Assembly: GCA_964247055.1 (NCBI GenBank)
Contig: OZ176054.1
Location: 12,834,001 to 12,898,000 of the forward strand
Direction: 5' to 3'
Origin: Paragordius varius
Taxonomy: Eukaryota > Animalia > Nematomorpha
DNA: 64,000 nucleotides
The position numbers and the translations under genes were made by a program. Positions 1 through 13,910 of the stretch are shown here, one piece after another (position 1 is the stretch's first letter; each line of letters starts with the position of its first letter). The notes below the pieces were generated by a model. That model ran no database searches and was not told where the DNA came from. It worked only from the letters and a program-made list of their open reading frames with translations.

Positions 1-3000
1 TTTAAAGCTTTACTGTAGCTTTATAAAATATTAAAAACTAAATTCTGAAAATTAGCACTTGGACACAACACATTCGTTTCAGTCCTTCGTATTAATAGGG
101 GTAGTTGGATATCCCAGGCCTGTATACTTTAAAAAATATGAATGGAATTGAACCATGTTAAAGTTTGCAATTATTGACATTAATCAACCGAAATATAAAA
201 AGAATTCTTTCAAAATACTTAACATTATTTATTTTAATGTAAAGACCAAAGGTATAAATTTAGCCAACATGACATGTGTGCATTATATTCAAAATAAATA
301 CAAAATAAACCATGATTTAAATCAAAAATTAGCTTCGATTTTAGCTTTAAAATTAATTAAACACGCATTTTGCAGAAATGTTGTAAAATGGCGTCGAAGT
401 AATTTGATATGGAGTTTTCTTTCAAACCTAAATCTATTCAGATATTTCAGCCAGCTAATTTATATTATTTATATTAGGATAGAAGCATAAATTTGCATTG
501 GGACCGTTTCTTTCAGTAGTTTTTTAAAAATTTCAACTTAAATATAGTCTGAGTGTATTTAGATACACCAATTTGAATCGAAGTCTGTTAATATCATAGG
601 GATTAAAATAATATTGCTTTTTGCGACAATCATAATCTTTAACTCTCCTTAAAAATAAGAAAGCATATTTTTTGTAAAATATTGTCATCAATGTTATTGG
701 TATTAGTGAAAAGTTTTCACTTAACGTCCCTTGATAACAACTTGTAGGGTAATTTTTAAGGAAGTTTATAAATACATGTAAAACTAAAAAATTATATAAA
801 AAACTGATTCAATTTATGCGATTTTATATTTAAAATTGGATATTGTTTAAACTTTTTTGAGAATGCATAAACACTTTGTTAATTAATTTGAAAACTAATG
901 TTTATCACCATAGTTCTAAGATTATATTAATTTAATTTACAATTCCTATCTTTTATTCAAGTGTCTTGATTATATAATTAGAAATACGAATTCCCAATAT
1001 AAATTATATTGACTCATCTATATTAAGCCGATTATATTTGATATCGAGTTAGTTATTTAAAATTTGGGATAGCAAAATTTGACAAAACTGTCAATTTAAC
1101 ATATAATTGCCGGGATAAAAATAAATATTTTTGAAAAATTAATTTTTGGAACGCTTTAATTACGATTTATGCTTATAAATAATTCTAAACAACTCTACAA
1201 GTTCATGTTGAACATAATTTATATATATATATATATATATAATAACCACGGACCAAAATCGAAACTAGTATTCTAATCGGTTGACTAAAGCCCGAATATT
1301 CTGTAATATTCTTTAAAATTTACAAACCTATAAAGATAGATTTGTGTAAACAAATTATGTAAAATATTTGCTATTTAAACCTTGGATTCAAAAAATGTGA
1401 AATGAAACGATAACCGTTTGAACAGAAGACAATGGTACCGGAAACAAATTTTTTGGGGAAAACTTATTTTATAGGAAAAGATTTTTTTACAATAAAAATC
1501 GTTGTAATAAAAGTGTAGAATGTAACAAAAATACAAATCGTAAAATTTGAAAGATATTTATTCGTTTTTTATACGCTTTATATGATATTTTTGTGAGTAA
1601 ACATATTTGCATGTTATCAAATAAAACAAATAAAATTTTGAGTAACTAATGGATATGTTATTTACATTTTAAAAAATATAAAAATAAGACTATGCAAATC
1701 TCACTAAAAACTATATCATACATGCAATATATATTTAAAATTTGCATATGTAACAGTAGGGTACCAAAAAAAGGCTGAGACCCATAACATGATATAAATC
1801 CATATCCTCTATTCCATATTTCGTAACCCAAATGAAGATGGCAGTAATAAAAATTAAAGTCTTTTTGTAATAAAAAATATTATTTATTAAAACAATATTG
1901 GTTTATCCTAAATGGTTAGAAGAAATTCAATAAAATATAGAGAAGTTTTGGAACTCAAAATCACAATGATATCTAAAAAGTGAAAGCGTGATCAATCACA
2001 TACAAAAAAGGGAAAAAAATGAATGTATGCATAATCTAATTAAAAACATTTGTTAAAAAACAATTATCAAATGGGAATTATAATATATGGATTTATTTTG
2101 TATTTTCTTTATAATTTATATTTACTGTAACTGGAATCAGAACGTAAACGAAGATCCACTAAATAAAAATTAACCAACATTTTTACAATCACGGGTTTAG
2201 AATTATAAGCAGCCTTAAATTGTATTAATAAAAACACAAATTAAGCATATTACATGGTATAAATATGGTAAATATATAGTGATTAATTTTTTTAAGAATA
2301 CTCATTGCTTTTAGTACTATAAAATATGGCTTTATATACAGTTTTAGATTGTATTTTCAAGCTTTTCAACCTTTTTTAATCTTAATCGATTTATATAATA
2401 AAATTAAGTTCATACCTAATAAATTAGCCATTAATAAATTACATTTGACCAATCTATGCTAATTAGAACGCAAATTCAAAATATGATAGCTATGGTTTAG
2501 TCTTATGGCTTTTATGGTAAAACCTCGTTTTTCAAAGATTTTTGTAATATAGTAAGTAATACTGAAGCTCGAATGCAATTTTTAGAGAAAATTGAATTTA
2601 AATTTATTTATGAATACAAAATCCCAATTGAATTTGATAGATATTAATAATTGGTTTTATGGAAAATCTCACATTTTGATATTTATAACTTGGAGACAGT
2701 CTATGGTTATAATCACCAGTTTGAGACCGTTTTAGGGTATAAAACGCCTCATTTCGAAGCAAAATATTTGTGTTTTTCAAAATATTTTACTGACATTTTA
2801 CCTAATAATTTGCAACATTTGATCAATAATTGTAAGAGGAAGTCTGGTTGGATTGTAAAAATACCATAATAATAGGTTCAAATAACCAGTATATTTCCCC
2901 TCTACATAAAATATAATAAATTTTAAATATAAACCTTTATATTTGCCAATAAGTAAGGCAGTATTGTTAAGAGAATTACACAATGAGAGAGACTGCTTTA

Positions 3001-3612
3001 TAGAAAGAAAAAATCGATAATATTTTTATATTATGAATTTGTAAAACATATAATAATTTTATACAAAATGCTGTGTAGAATAATGTTAAAAAAATCCCTA
3101 ACCAATTTATATTTATTTATATAAATTAGTATATGGTCCTAATATTTGCAAAATTTTGTGTTCACTTACACAGTAATATATAAATGACATTCATTACATT
3201 AGACAGTCACCAGAATAGTAAAAAAAAATAAATCTTAGGTGTAAACTAATGGACTAAATTTAACTTTATCTATAAAGACTTTAATCACAATATTTTCACA
3301 TATTATATAAAATTTAACCAATTATAATTTAAAAATGAAAAATATAAATGTAGTTTGGTTATAAAATAATTTATTACGCATTTAGTTAAAATTTGCACCA
3401 TTTTAAAAAACCAAATATGTTTAAAAAGCCATTTGAAGCAATATGTGAATAAGAAATTAAAGTAATAAACTACCCTCCTATTTTTAATATGGTGTGAAAT
3501 AAAAAAATGTTTAGATATTTTTTCCAAAAAAATAAATCAATAAAAATTTTAATTTAATAAATTCAAAAGTTGTCCTAGCTTTAAAAGATTTATAAGATTC
3601 ACACACTTGTAA

Positions 3613-3835
3613 CAGAGGCGTATCTAGAGGGGGAAGGGGAATTGATATATCGGGCACATAGTTAAAGGGTTGTCGGATTTTGAAAATTTCAATTTTATTT
3701 TAAAAAATAGATATTTTAAATTATTATTTTAAATAATACGTAAAAAAATCACCCATTTATGAGAATGGTCATTGATCAAGGTTTAAATTTGATAATTTTT
3801 TTTAAAATGCAAGGGGGGCGCCCGCACCATTATAA
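3613..3835. mobile_element. Copy of the CAGAGGCG hAT-like MITE lacking its right TIR
   Basis: CAGAGGCGTATCTAGAGGGGGAAGGGG start; collinear with 49493-49680 (TTATTATTTTAAATAATAC, CCCATTT.ATGAG). Confidence 0.7.
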
Positions 3836-4194
3836 ATTCAAAAAATGGCGGAAAATAATTGCAAATATTAGTGAATATATAAACAATTTTCGAAGTAAAG
3901 TGTAGTTTTTATAAAAATTAAGGATGCAATTCAGGAGCAGCTTAATCCGTGGCCCTAGAAATGCTTTGTCTAGCCCTGAAAGCTTTAAATTTTTTAGATT
4001 TTTTTTGGAGTATAAAAATCTGCAAGTGATAAAAAAATTTTTGTCTTAAACTTTTTTGAGAAGTATTACTGATTTAATTGGACTGTCCACTATAGACCAA
4101 AATTTATCAAAACGCACCATTTTTATCATTAAAGAACATTTTTAAACGAAAAACACAACTGAAAAGAGCGTTATTTTCATTTATATATGTATGT

Positions 4195-4472
4195 TATAAC
4201 CCTTATACGGACAAAACGTATAACAAAGACAAAGTTTTTTGTAAAAGACATCCATACTTTTAAAATGTGCATTTTTTTGAATATAACTCTTCATTTAATG
4301 TTTAAAAGTAAGAAGTAAATATATACTAAAATAATCAATTTTTTACCATCGTTATTGAATAGCTTATTGAGAAAAAAAATAAGATTTAAAAATGTATGGG
4401 GTTGTCTTTTGGAAAAAAAAATATTTGTCTTTATATTTTTACGTTTTGTCCGTATGATTTCAATTTTACTGT
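4195..4472. mobile_element. MITE family A (TA-flanked CAGTA termini, Tc1/mariner-pogo-like), left end degenerate
   Basis: Arms TATACGGACAAAACGTA...AAAGACAAA and TTTGTCTTTATATTTTTACGTTTTGTCCGTATGATTTCAATTTTACTG. Confidence 0.75.
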
Positions 4473-5150
4473 CCTTTTAATAATCTATATAGAAGAGCAG
4501 TAAATGGGACTTTTATTCCAAAAATTTTTCGCTTTTTATTTAAATTGGCTGAATTAATTTATAATTTTGAGGATAGGATATATGATTTTTCAAAAACAAC
4601 ATTGTTTAAGTTGTATTTGCTTGAAATAAATGTGGCGTTTGGTTAAAAAAATGTAGTTTTTGACTTAAAATTGGTATATTTTTAAATTTAAAAGGGTTAT
4701 AGTAAGGTCATGTAAGAGATTTGTTGACTAAAACCAGTTCTCTCATGCAATTATCTGGATTGGATGCATGAAAATTGATCATCGAAAATTAAAATACATT
4801 ATTTGCATTCTTTGCCATTAGAAAATCATTATATATTTAAGGTTTTGTTCGTTAGAGTAATACGTAATAATTAGAGAAAAAAAAACTGTTCTTATATTTT
4901 ATTGTAGATTGCTATTTAACCATTCCCATAAATTGTATCATCAGTTCTTATAAATAATTTTAAAATAAAATACTTAAATGAAAATTTCATGGAAAAAAAT
5001 AATCTTTAATAATTTAATCAGTATAAATATACATATTCATTAAAAATAAATAATAGGTTTTCAACCAAAATAAAGATTTTTCATACTGCCCAAAAATGCA
5101 TATGAAATAAGTTAAAATATTTTAATCTTAAAATAAAAAAAACTTTGATT

Positions 5151-5360
5151 ATATATACCATTTACAGTTCAAATTCACCCTTAATTACAAAATCTCCCTC
5201 GAACAATTCAAATTCATTATAAAATAAAATTACCTTTAAGATTATAACTAAAAAAAATAAACTGTGCCACAAGAATATTTTTTTTAATGATGAGTTATAT
5301 TATTTCGAAAACACAATTTATTTTTAGGGTAAATTTGAATCAAGGGTAAATTTGGGTTAA
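5151..5360. mobile_element. MITE family B (foldback-like, 21-bp subterminal repeats), right end degenerate
   Basis: ATATATACCATTTACAGTTCAAATTCACCC ... AGGGTAAATTTGAATCAAGGGTAAATTTG. Confidence 0.7.
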
Positions 5361-5861
5361 AAAAGATCACTTTATTCACAGGATGAATTTTTTTCAACTA
5401 TATGTTACTTTCAACAAAAAAGAAATGATTGAAATAATTTATGTGTCTAATTCATGTAGTATAAAATTAGTCTATCCTTATTTTTAAAATTTTGTAATGC
5501 TTGAAACTATAAACCTCGAATCATTTTCAATATTTGGTTATTTATATATCCATATATATATTAATAACAAAATGCAACGAATAATATTATTGCATGATAT
5601 TTATAACCCATTCTTTCCATTTTGAAATATAATTATAATGGGAATCGTTTTAATTATAATTTAAAAATAAATAAAATTTTATAAATATAATATTATTTTT
5701 TATTTAAAAACACCAGTTTTTAAATTTATGACATAGGGTCAAATCTCAAGTAAGGATTGACCAAGATATAAGGATAATATTCGTACCTTTAAAAATCTAA
5801 AAGTATGTATAATTTTTGATTGGGTAAAATGTGAATATTTTTAACCTTAAAATTTTTAGAT

Positions 5862-6146
5862 ACTATAAATTGAAATTTTACTACGGACAAAAAATAAAAA
5901 TATAAAGACAAACATATTTTTCTAAAGACAACCTTTTAAATCTTAATTTTATATATAACTCATTATTTAATATCGCAAAATGTGAAATAGAATGCATAAT
6001 AATAAAACAATCATTTTTATATTTACAATCGTAATTTAATAACTTATCTATGAAAAATTAAGGTTTAAAAAAGAATGGTTCTCTTTTGAAAAAAATATTT
6101 GTCTTTATATTTTACGTTTTTTCTGTATAAATTCCATTTTTACTAT
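5862..6146. mobile_element. MITE family A, degenerate
   Basis: Both inverted arms recognisable (ACGGACAAAA / TTTTACGTTTTTCTGTATAA). Confidence 0.7.
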
Positions 6147-8292
6147 GTTATAACTAGGTGTCTTTAAGCATTTCTTTTTGATTAATTATATGTGATCGAT
6201 ACATAAAAACATTACGGGTCAAAAATAATTTTATCTAAGGAATTTTGAGGACGAGTTTAAATTTATAGATAAATTGTTACAATACATATATATTTTTCAC
6301 GATTTTTCGATATAACTGTAACTGGTAATTAAATAAGGAGTTTTATCCAAAAATTACGACAGCCCTACTTTTACATTGATAGATTTATTAAGTTTCTTTA
6401 GATATTTTACATTTTCCATAACATTTAAAAGTTTTTTATACACATATTTAAAAATACATCCTCACGCCAATTATCCTTGTGACATTTATTATTGCATTCA
6501 TCATTTTTTGCGTATTTTTTTCCTTATATTTATTTTTTATAATAAAAAAAGCTTGTTGATAGTATACTCTCACTGTGCTCATATATAATATTTTTTATTA
6601 CGCATTTCATAAAAAAAATTCCCCTTACTATACTTATGAAATATTTACACGCATATTTTCTTTTCGTAAAATTTCATTTTTTCGCACAAAATTCCTCGAT
6701 AAAATTTAGAAATATCTAAAATATTTATCTAATACTTTTAAAATCCTTAAATATATTAGATTCCGGTTTATTTTTGCAAAAACTTTTATACCACAATATT
6801 TATTTTGATATACATCCTACGCCTTTTACAATTTCACATAAAAATAAACAATAAATTATTTATATTATACATTGTATGTAATAAATTTTATTTTTTCTTT
6901 TTTTCACGTTTTTTAAATATTATCTCATGCGCGAACTTTGAAAGCTACATGCATGATATCATATGCGATCAAAATTATGTGGTTTTTTATTTATACGCAA
7001 TTTTAAAATACTCTTTTTTTTCGTTTCAAATCTAAATTACTAATTCTTATTGCCAATAATGGCCAAGTATATTTTTATTTTTTATATGTGTATGTTTTTA
7101 GTATATTTTATTTTTAGATAAAAAATTTTCCAGACTGCACACATATTTGTATAAAATATATATATTTTATTTTTATCTATTGCTACATGTTTGCCTTACC
7201 TGAGTATTTTTTTAAATGTGTTGTATTTTATTAGCCACATAAATGTTTGAATCTAAGATTTATTTTTGATATTTGTCTGAAATATTTAAATTTCAAACGT
7301 TTTACATATTTATTAAAATTCCTCTTACGCGATTATTTTTTGCTAAAATTTAATCTGATTGATACTTAAAGATATGTGAATTCAACATTAAACCAGACAT
7401 TAAGAAAAAATATTATTTCGTAGCTTAAAATATTTTCAGAACCTTATTACTCAAAAGTAGAAAATTGTTTGTTTTATGATTTTGAGTCGGCTTTCAACAT
7501 ATCTTTTTAAAACATTCACATGGCTCTTAGTCAACTCTCCTAAATTTGAAAACTCTCTTTTTTAATTAACAATTTCGATTCCAACAATCCTATTTATTTT
7601 AGCCAAATAATATATATTTGTAGGAATGTCAAATAGATATTTTTTGATCCAATATCTCTTAAATTTTTTAAAAATGTTATTTGTCTAAATATCCTCTTAT
7701 TAACAATATTTAACGATTGTTTGAAAAACGATATAGGTTTTTGCAATCGAAATCAAATCATCTAAAAATGATTTAAGTTGAACTAATATATTTTAAGACA
7801 CTGGTTGTTGTTTTGACAATTTACAGGTTAAAGCACTGTATTTTATCGAAAAGACCTGTTATATAATGAGTTGCAAGTTTCATCATTTTGTATTGTATTG
7901 AAAAATCAATGTATCAGCATGATTAATTCTAATTTATAATTATTTGTTTAATTAAAGCCATATATATATACTTTGGAGATCATATTACATAAATAATTAA
8001 AATAACAGTTTAGTTGAGCTACCTACCTATGTCTAATTTTTTTTAAATTTATTCAAAAGAGTTTACCTGTTAACATGGATTACCAAAAAAAAGTTTAAAA
8101 TGCGATTATACCTCAAAATAATCATTTAAAAATTGATTTGGAAATAACATCTTTAAAATCAAACATTTTTATTATAAATATATGAGATTTAATTATAATT
8201 ATACCATTTCATTCTTGTAGATTAAGAATGAATCAAAAGGGAGATTGATCACAACATATGATTATAATTAGTTTACGCCAAACGATAATTAA

Positions 8293-11200
8293 ATGAGTTC
8301 AACGGAAGATACGTCAGACGATAAAATATACGCAGCTGAGCGCATCATCAAATCCCGTTTTACCAAAGTATTATATATTAATATATATTTTGAATATATT
8401 CTTTATAGATTTTAAAATAAGATTTAGCATTTTAAACCAATGCGGAAATTACGACTCAATATCAGAAGTTTTATTTTTTTTTATTTCAACGATTTCAGAG
8501 CTGGCCACATTTATTTAGGCTTTGAATCACGGAAACATGTGAATTTTCAGTTCTGGCTTTTGCTAAAATTGTCAATTTTTGATATTAACTTAAATTGAAA
8601 TGTGATTTGTTTTAATAGTTGAAAATAATTATATATAATCACATTTGTACCTAAAATCTGACTATTTAACAGCAGACTGCTATAATTAATTAAAAAACCC
8701 ATAATTATTTTTGCTTATTAGTTTTCTTACAATTAACGCATTTTAAATGTGTATTTAAAATTTTTTACATCCGGTTATTCGAACTAAATATAGACTATGT
8801 TTTACCCTTAATTTTTCAATTGAAACAATACAAAGCTGTTTATACCAATTTTATAGTTTCACTAAAACCGTTTACAAACAAAAATTTAAAATTATGGATG
8901 TTAGAGAGGTAACATTTTTTGTAGAAAAAAATAAATTACTAGAAATTATATATAAATGTTTGAACGATTTTAAAATCCAAATTTATCAGCTTGTGTCATA
9001 TTATTTAAGGGCAAATACTATTATTTGGTGAAATGGCGAGATTGGAGTGATAAACATAACACATGGGAACCCGAAGAAAATATCATTGATCGCAGATTGT
9101 TGGATTCATTCAAACTTCGGTAATTACTAAAAACTTTTGTTTTTATACTTTTAAAACGGTGTTTAAGCGTTTAATTTTAAACTTTTAGTGAACGGAGATT
9201 ACAAGCTAAGCGAAATCTTCATCTCCATGGTAATAACAACACTAGTAAAAAACTGCGGATAAGTGACAACAACTCTAATAATCCTTCCACTTCCTCAAAT
9301 TTTATTCCGGCAACAGGAAGCGGCGGTTACCATGGCAACTCCAAAAACCGTTTCCATGACGACGATGGGGAAGAGGAAGCAAGTACCAGTGAAAGTTACA
9401 ACAGTAGTCCCCTTAAAACCGGTGCATCAAACAACAAAGTATAAAATATAACTTAAAAAGAATAATAAATCCACCTTTACACAAAAGATTACATAAAAAA
9501 GGCTATCTCTATAATTATGCTATTATAATATTGTAAAATAATTATAAACTATATTATATATTTAAAAACACAATGAATGCTACAATGTCAATTGATTTGA
9601 CCTATCAACAAACATATCAAACTCAAACTCTCACATTAAATTGTAAAAAAAATTATACCAGGAATTTTATTATATTTATTTTTTTTACCTTTTTGTGATT
9701 GTTGCTTTGTTCAGTCATTAATTATGTAATGTGAGGTGTATTTCTTATCTTTTTTATCCTGGCAAATGATATTTTTGCATTAAGTTTAAGGCATAAAAAG
9801 TATGATAAATCTACATTTATATCTTGTTCGGATAAACTAAGGCAAATAAAACGCTGTCATGTGTTTGCATTTTTCATGGTGGTTGGTATATACGAAGATT
9901 AGATAATTGTTTTTGGCATTTAGTCTAGCCTTATTTTAATATTTACATTTATTACTGACACAGGTCAATCGATTGTATGGTGGAGATGAGAAACGGTTAT
10001 CGCTACGTAGTTCAAGCCGTAAATTGGAGCTTGTCTCCCCCACCCCATCACTCAGCACTGAAAGACTTAGATCATATCGAAGCAGTAATGAATTGAAACC
10101 AGATTCATCGTCTATCGAATCGCTGGCAAAGATTAACACCAACACATCAGCCAGAAATTCTCCTACTCCCCTCCTTAAGCATTATCAAAAAAATCATAAC
10201 TTGCTAATCCTCAACTCTTCGATAAGTACGGTTCTTTCATCCGATGATGATGAAGAAGGGGGAGGAGATGAGAAGGAAAGTATCCTGGTTATTGCTTCTG
10301 ATCACGAAAACGCTAAAATTAACACTTCATTCACGCAAAAATCGGAGAGAATTGGGAAAAAATCACCCATTTTAAGGACTTCATCCGCACTTGATAGTAA
10401 CAACGTCAAATATACCAATAACGTGAAAGAAAGTGGTAAAAGCGATCACACCACTATTGACACAAACAAGTTAATAACTTACCAACATGTTAAAAAAACG
10501 GCAACTACAATTAATTGCATAAACACAGACTCAAAAACTACAACACTATATACTCAAACTGAGAATCACAAAGACATAGAAAGAATCAATAAACCCATTA
10601 CGGGTGGTGAAGGTGGAGGTATTGAGAATCGACGTTTAGTTTTAATTTCTCCTGTCGGGGGATTAAGTCCTACCCTTTTGAAGTCACCCATTACAAATGC
10701 TTACAACAAATTATTACATTCCCCATCATCAACAATTATTACTTCAGGTGTCGATCCATCCGCTTCTAAATCATTGCAGAATCTTCCAGCCATTAGTACT
10801 CATCATACATCAGTTGATGCTTGTGCCGAACGCTTGGCATTAATGAATAAGAAACATAATGATGCTCTTTCTAATACAATTAGCCATGACAAATTGTCGG
10901 CTAATACTACATTGGCAATGCCTTTTTTACTTGTAACTTCCCAGCCAAGCACTAGTCCCCATGATACATTATCGAATTTAACACGCGAACAAGATAATAC
11001 TAATAATAGTGAAGCTTTGTCCCCTCCTTCCTCCAACCTCCTAACTCACAATGCATCATCTTCGTCATCTACATCTTCAGGTTATTTGGCTCCGAATGGC
11101 CACAAGCGGAAAGCCAGCAAACCAATTAAACGCAATGTTTTCCCCACAGACGATACTCTTTCCAAAGATCAGAATAAGCATTCCTCACAATCTAACATTG

Positions 11201-12432
11201 ATTCGAGTTTGCCTTGTGGCGATACGACAAAAAGCTCCAACAATTCTGTGCGGCATTATCCATTTCATATTGATAATAAAACAGCTCTAACTAGCACAAC
11301 ATCTAGAATATGTAGCATATCCCCTGTGATTAAATTTGCATCAACTACGCACACCGCACCACCACAAATTAAAGAATTACCCGAAATTATAAATGAAAAT
11401 GACTACCCCACCAATAATAATTTTACTTCTAATACCTGTGAGGTATGTCCTGATCTTACTGTTAAACATAATACAGACAGTAAGCAAAATAATAAATATA
11501 TTTCAAATGATGCTCATACCATCAATCGAAATGATAATTATTCTTTTGCTACTGATACTTCTCAAGGGAAAACTGAGGCTCTAAAAAAGAATCCTTCACA
11601 CGCTTATATTAAGCCAATACAGCGGCAGCCTATACCAAAATTTTTTGTTTCTAAACTTGGTCCGACAGGCAACACAATAAAAATCCAAGCAGCGGCACCA
11701 AATCAAATACCACAATCCACACATAAACCCTTAAATCTATCCTCATTCAAACCAAATAATCTAACAAATCACTTACAGGATCCAAACATCACAATTGTTG
11801 AATGCACTTCTTTAGATAATGAATATTCCTATCACAATCGTCATTCCTCACGAAAAGACGCTAAATCATTAAATATATTTGATTCGAGCACACGGAATGA
11901 TGTTTTACGCCACACACCACATAATACCAATAATAATGGTAAAAAACACAAGAAGGTATATCATAAAAAAGTACATCACACAAAAAAATCAACCATACAG
12001 AACGAAATCGAAAAGAATGACCATTATCTTAAAACTGGTAAAGTACAACATAAGACTATGAATAAAAGTGCGTTCATAGAAGATAAAAGTATGCACCAAT
12101 CTACAAAATCCACTCTTATTCTGCAATCAAAACCACCGTTCCTACCCTTGCAATATCCTTTACATGGCAATAATAACAATATGAAACATAATGAGCAAAA
12201 TTTGAACAATTTAAAGAGGGTGATACCCTCTGTCAAGACGAAATTTGATATGAATTATGTGGTAGGGACATGCAAACCGAAAATATCCAATTTTCCTGGT
12301 TTTTATCAAATGAATAAGCGCATTATTGATAACATACTCATTACCGATGTTGAAGCTAATGATTATTCTGTCACATTCTTTGAATGCAGTTCTCTAGATG
12401 ACCCTAAGGATTTTTTCACCACAAATGCCTAA
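8293..12432 (+). CDS. Pc: Polycomb / CBX2-4-6-7-8-type chromodomain protein (PRC1 subunit), 4 exons, ~967 aa
   Basis: Exons 8293-8367, 9010-9119, 9189-9438, 9964-12432, all GT-AG and phase-consistent. Spliced N-terminus [25 protein letters not shown]|[34 protein letters not shown] is a Pc-class chromodomain with the aromatic cage (Y, W, W) intact. C-terminal [18 protein letters not shown]...DFF is the Pc C-box. Confidence 0.93.
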
Positions 12433-12445
12433 CCTATGGGACAAA

Positions 12446-12827
12446 TATATACCATTTACAGTTCAAATTCACCCTTGAACAATTCAAATTCACCCTCGAA
12501 CAATTCAAATTCATCCTCGAACAATTCAAATTCACCCTAAAAATAAATTATGTGTTTTCGAACTATTATAACTCATTATTAATATAAAATATATCTTTAT
12601 GGCATAATTAATTATTTTTTTCAGTATTATGTTAATTTAAAACAAAATTTTATTTTTTAAAAATATATTAAAATATAGGTAATTTTTAATCTTAAAAAAC
12701 ATGTTATTTATTTGAGGGTGAATTTGAATTGTTCGAGGGTGAATTTGAACTGTAAATGGTGAATTTGTATTGTTTAAGGGTGAATTTGAATTGTTTAAGG
12801 GTGAATTTGAACTGTAAATGGTATATA
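12446..12827. mobile_element. MITE family B, intact foldback element directly after the Pc stop codon
   Basis: TATATACCATTTACAGTTCAAATTCACCC ... GGGTGAATTTGAACTGTAAATGGTATATA; each arm carries ~4 copies of AACAATTCAAATTCACCCTYR or its complement. Confidence 0.9.
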
Positions 12828-13864
12828 TTTTAAAATATGTTACTATAGTCATTTCAATGCAAAATACACAAGTGTTTTTTATACATCCATATATATATAA
12901 AATTATCAAATATACGAGACATGCACATTATAACACTGTAATTGCTCCACCCTATATGATAGCAAATATGCCTGATGATATAAAATACATAAAAACAATG
13001 AAAACCAATTTTTTATATTATTTATTGATTTTTTTATTGTATAAAAAATCATCCAGTCATTATTAATTTAGCCCATTTTTAAATTGTAGTATGATAGTTT
13101 TTTAATTATATATATATATTACTTATTGCAATATAATTTATATGTTTTTACCATTTAAAATTTGCTATAAAAATACACCACTTTTGTAGTTTTATTGGTA
13201 CTTTTTAGACAGAAATGTTAAAGCTATCAAAACTTAACTATCGATTGATAAAAGCAAGTTTTATGTCAATATTGATTCAATCAACACATAATATAGCTAG
13301 CTAACTAATAAGATATCTTAACCTACCCATTATCTGTAATTTATCAATTGTTTATTTATTATATTATTGGCATTATCTTTTTATGAAAAAAATTTATAAA
13401 CCAAAAGGTATGAAAGATAAATAAATTAATAGTAAAAATTTGTGTATTATAGCGTCCATGAATTAATATTAGTTTCTTTCCAAGAAAGGTTGGCCTTGGC
13501 TAATTCAATAAATGTAAAGTCGACATTTACTTAACTTGACCAACTATACTTTATTTGTTTGACGGAATAACCATTTAGAGGCAATTAAAACTGACCCAAA
13601 GTTTTAAACAATAGAGCTTTTAACATAACCTCAAAACAATTTTTGAAGTGCAATGATAAGATTTATATAATTTAGTCAATTTATAATCGCATTTAATCAA
13701 ATATGTGAACCAAAAATATTAACATAAAATTCATCATAAAGCTGGTAGTTTCACATTTTTAAATATGGTGTGTTTAGATATGAATATAGAGGGAATTTGG
13801 TAACATTCGTTGAAAACATTTTAGATGTGTTGAAGAACAAAAAAATTATATAACCTGTAAATTG

Positions 13865-13867
<3 letters not shown>

Positions 13868-13908
<41 letters not shown>
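13868..13908. repeat. (AT)n microsatellite
   Basis: ~20 perfect AT units; further tracts at ~14125 and ~14183. Confidence 0.95.

Positions 13909-13910
<2 letters not shown>

Noticed and set aside
155-7035. Short ORFs (155-490, 2651-2869, 2798-2983, 3303-3527, 6376-6588, 6805-7035) and similar 60-115 aa ORFs elsewhere
   Set aside because: I/F/K/Y/N-rich translations typical of random AT-rich DNA, mostly with TTG starts and no motifs.
12460-12815. 21-bp direct repeat array as CRISPR
   Set aside because: Repeats are contiguous with no spacers, occur as inverted arms, there are no cas genes, and the context is eukaryotic.
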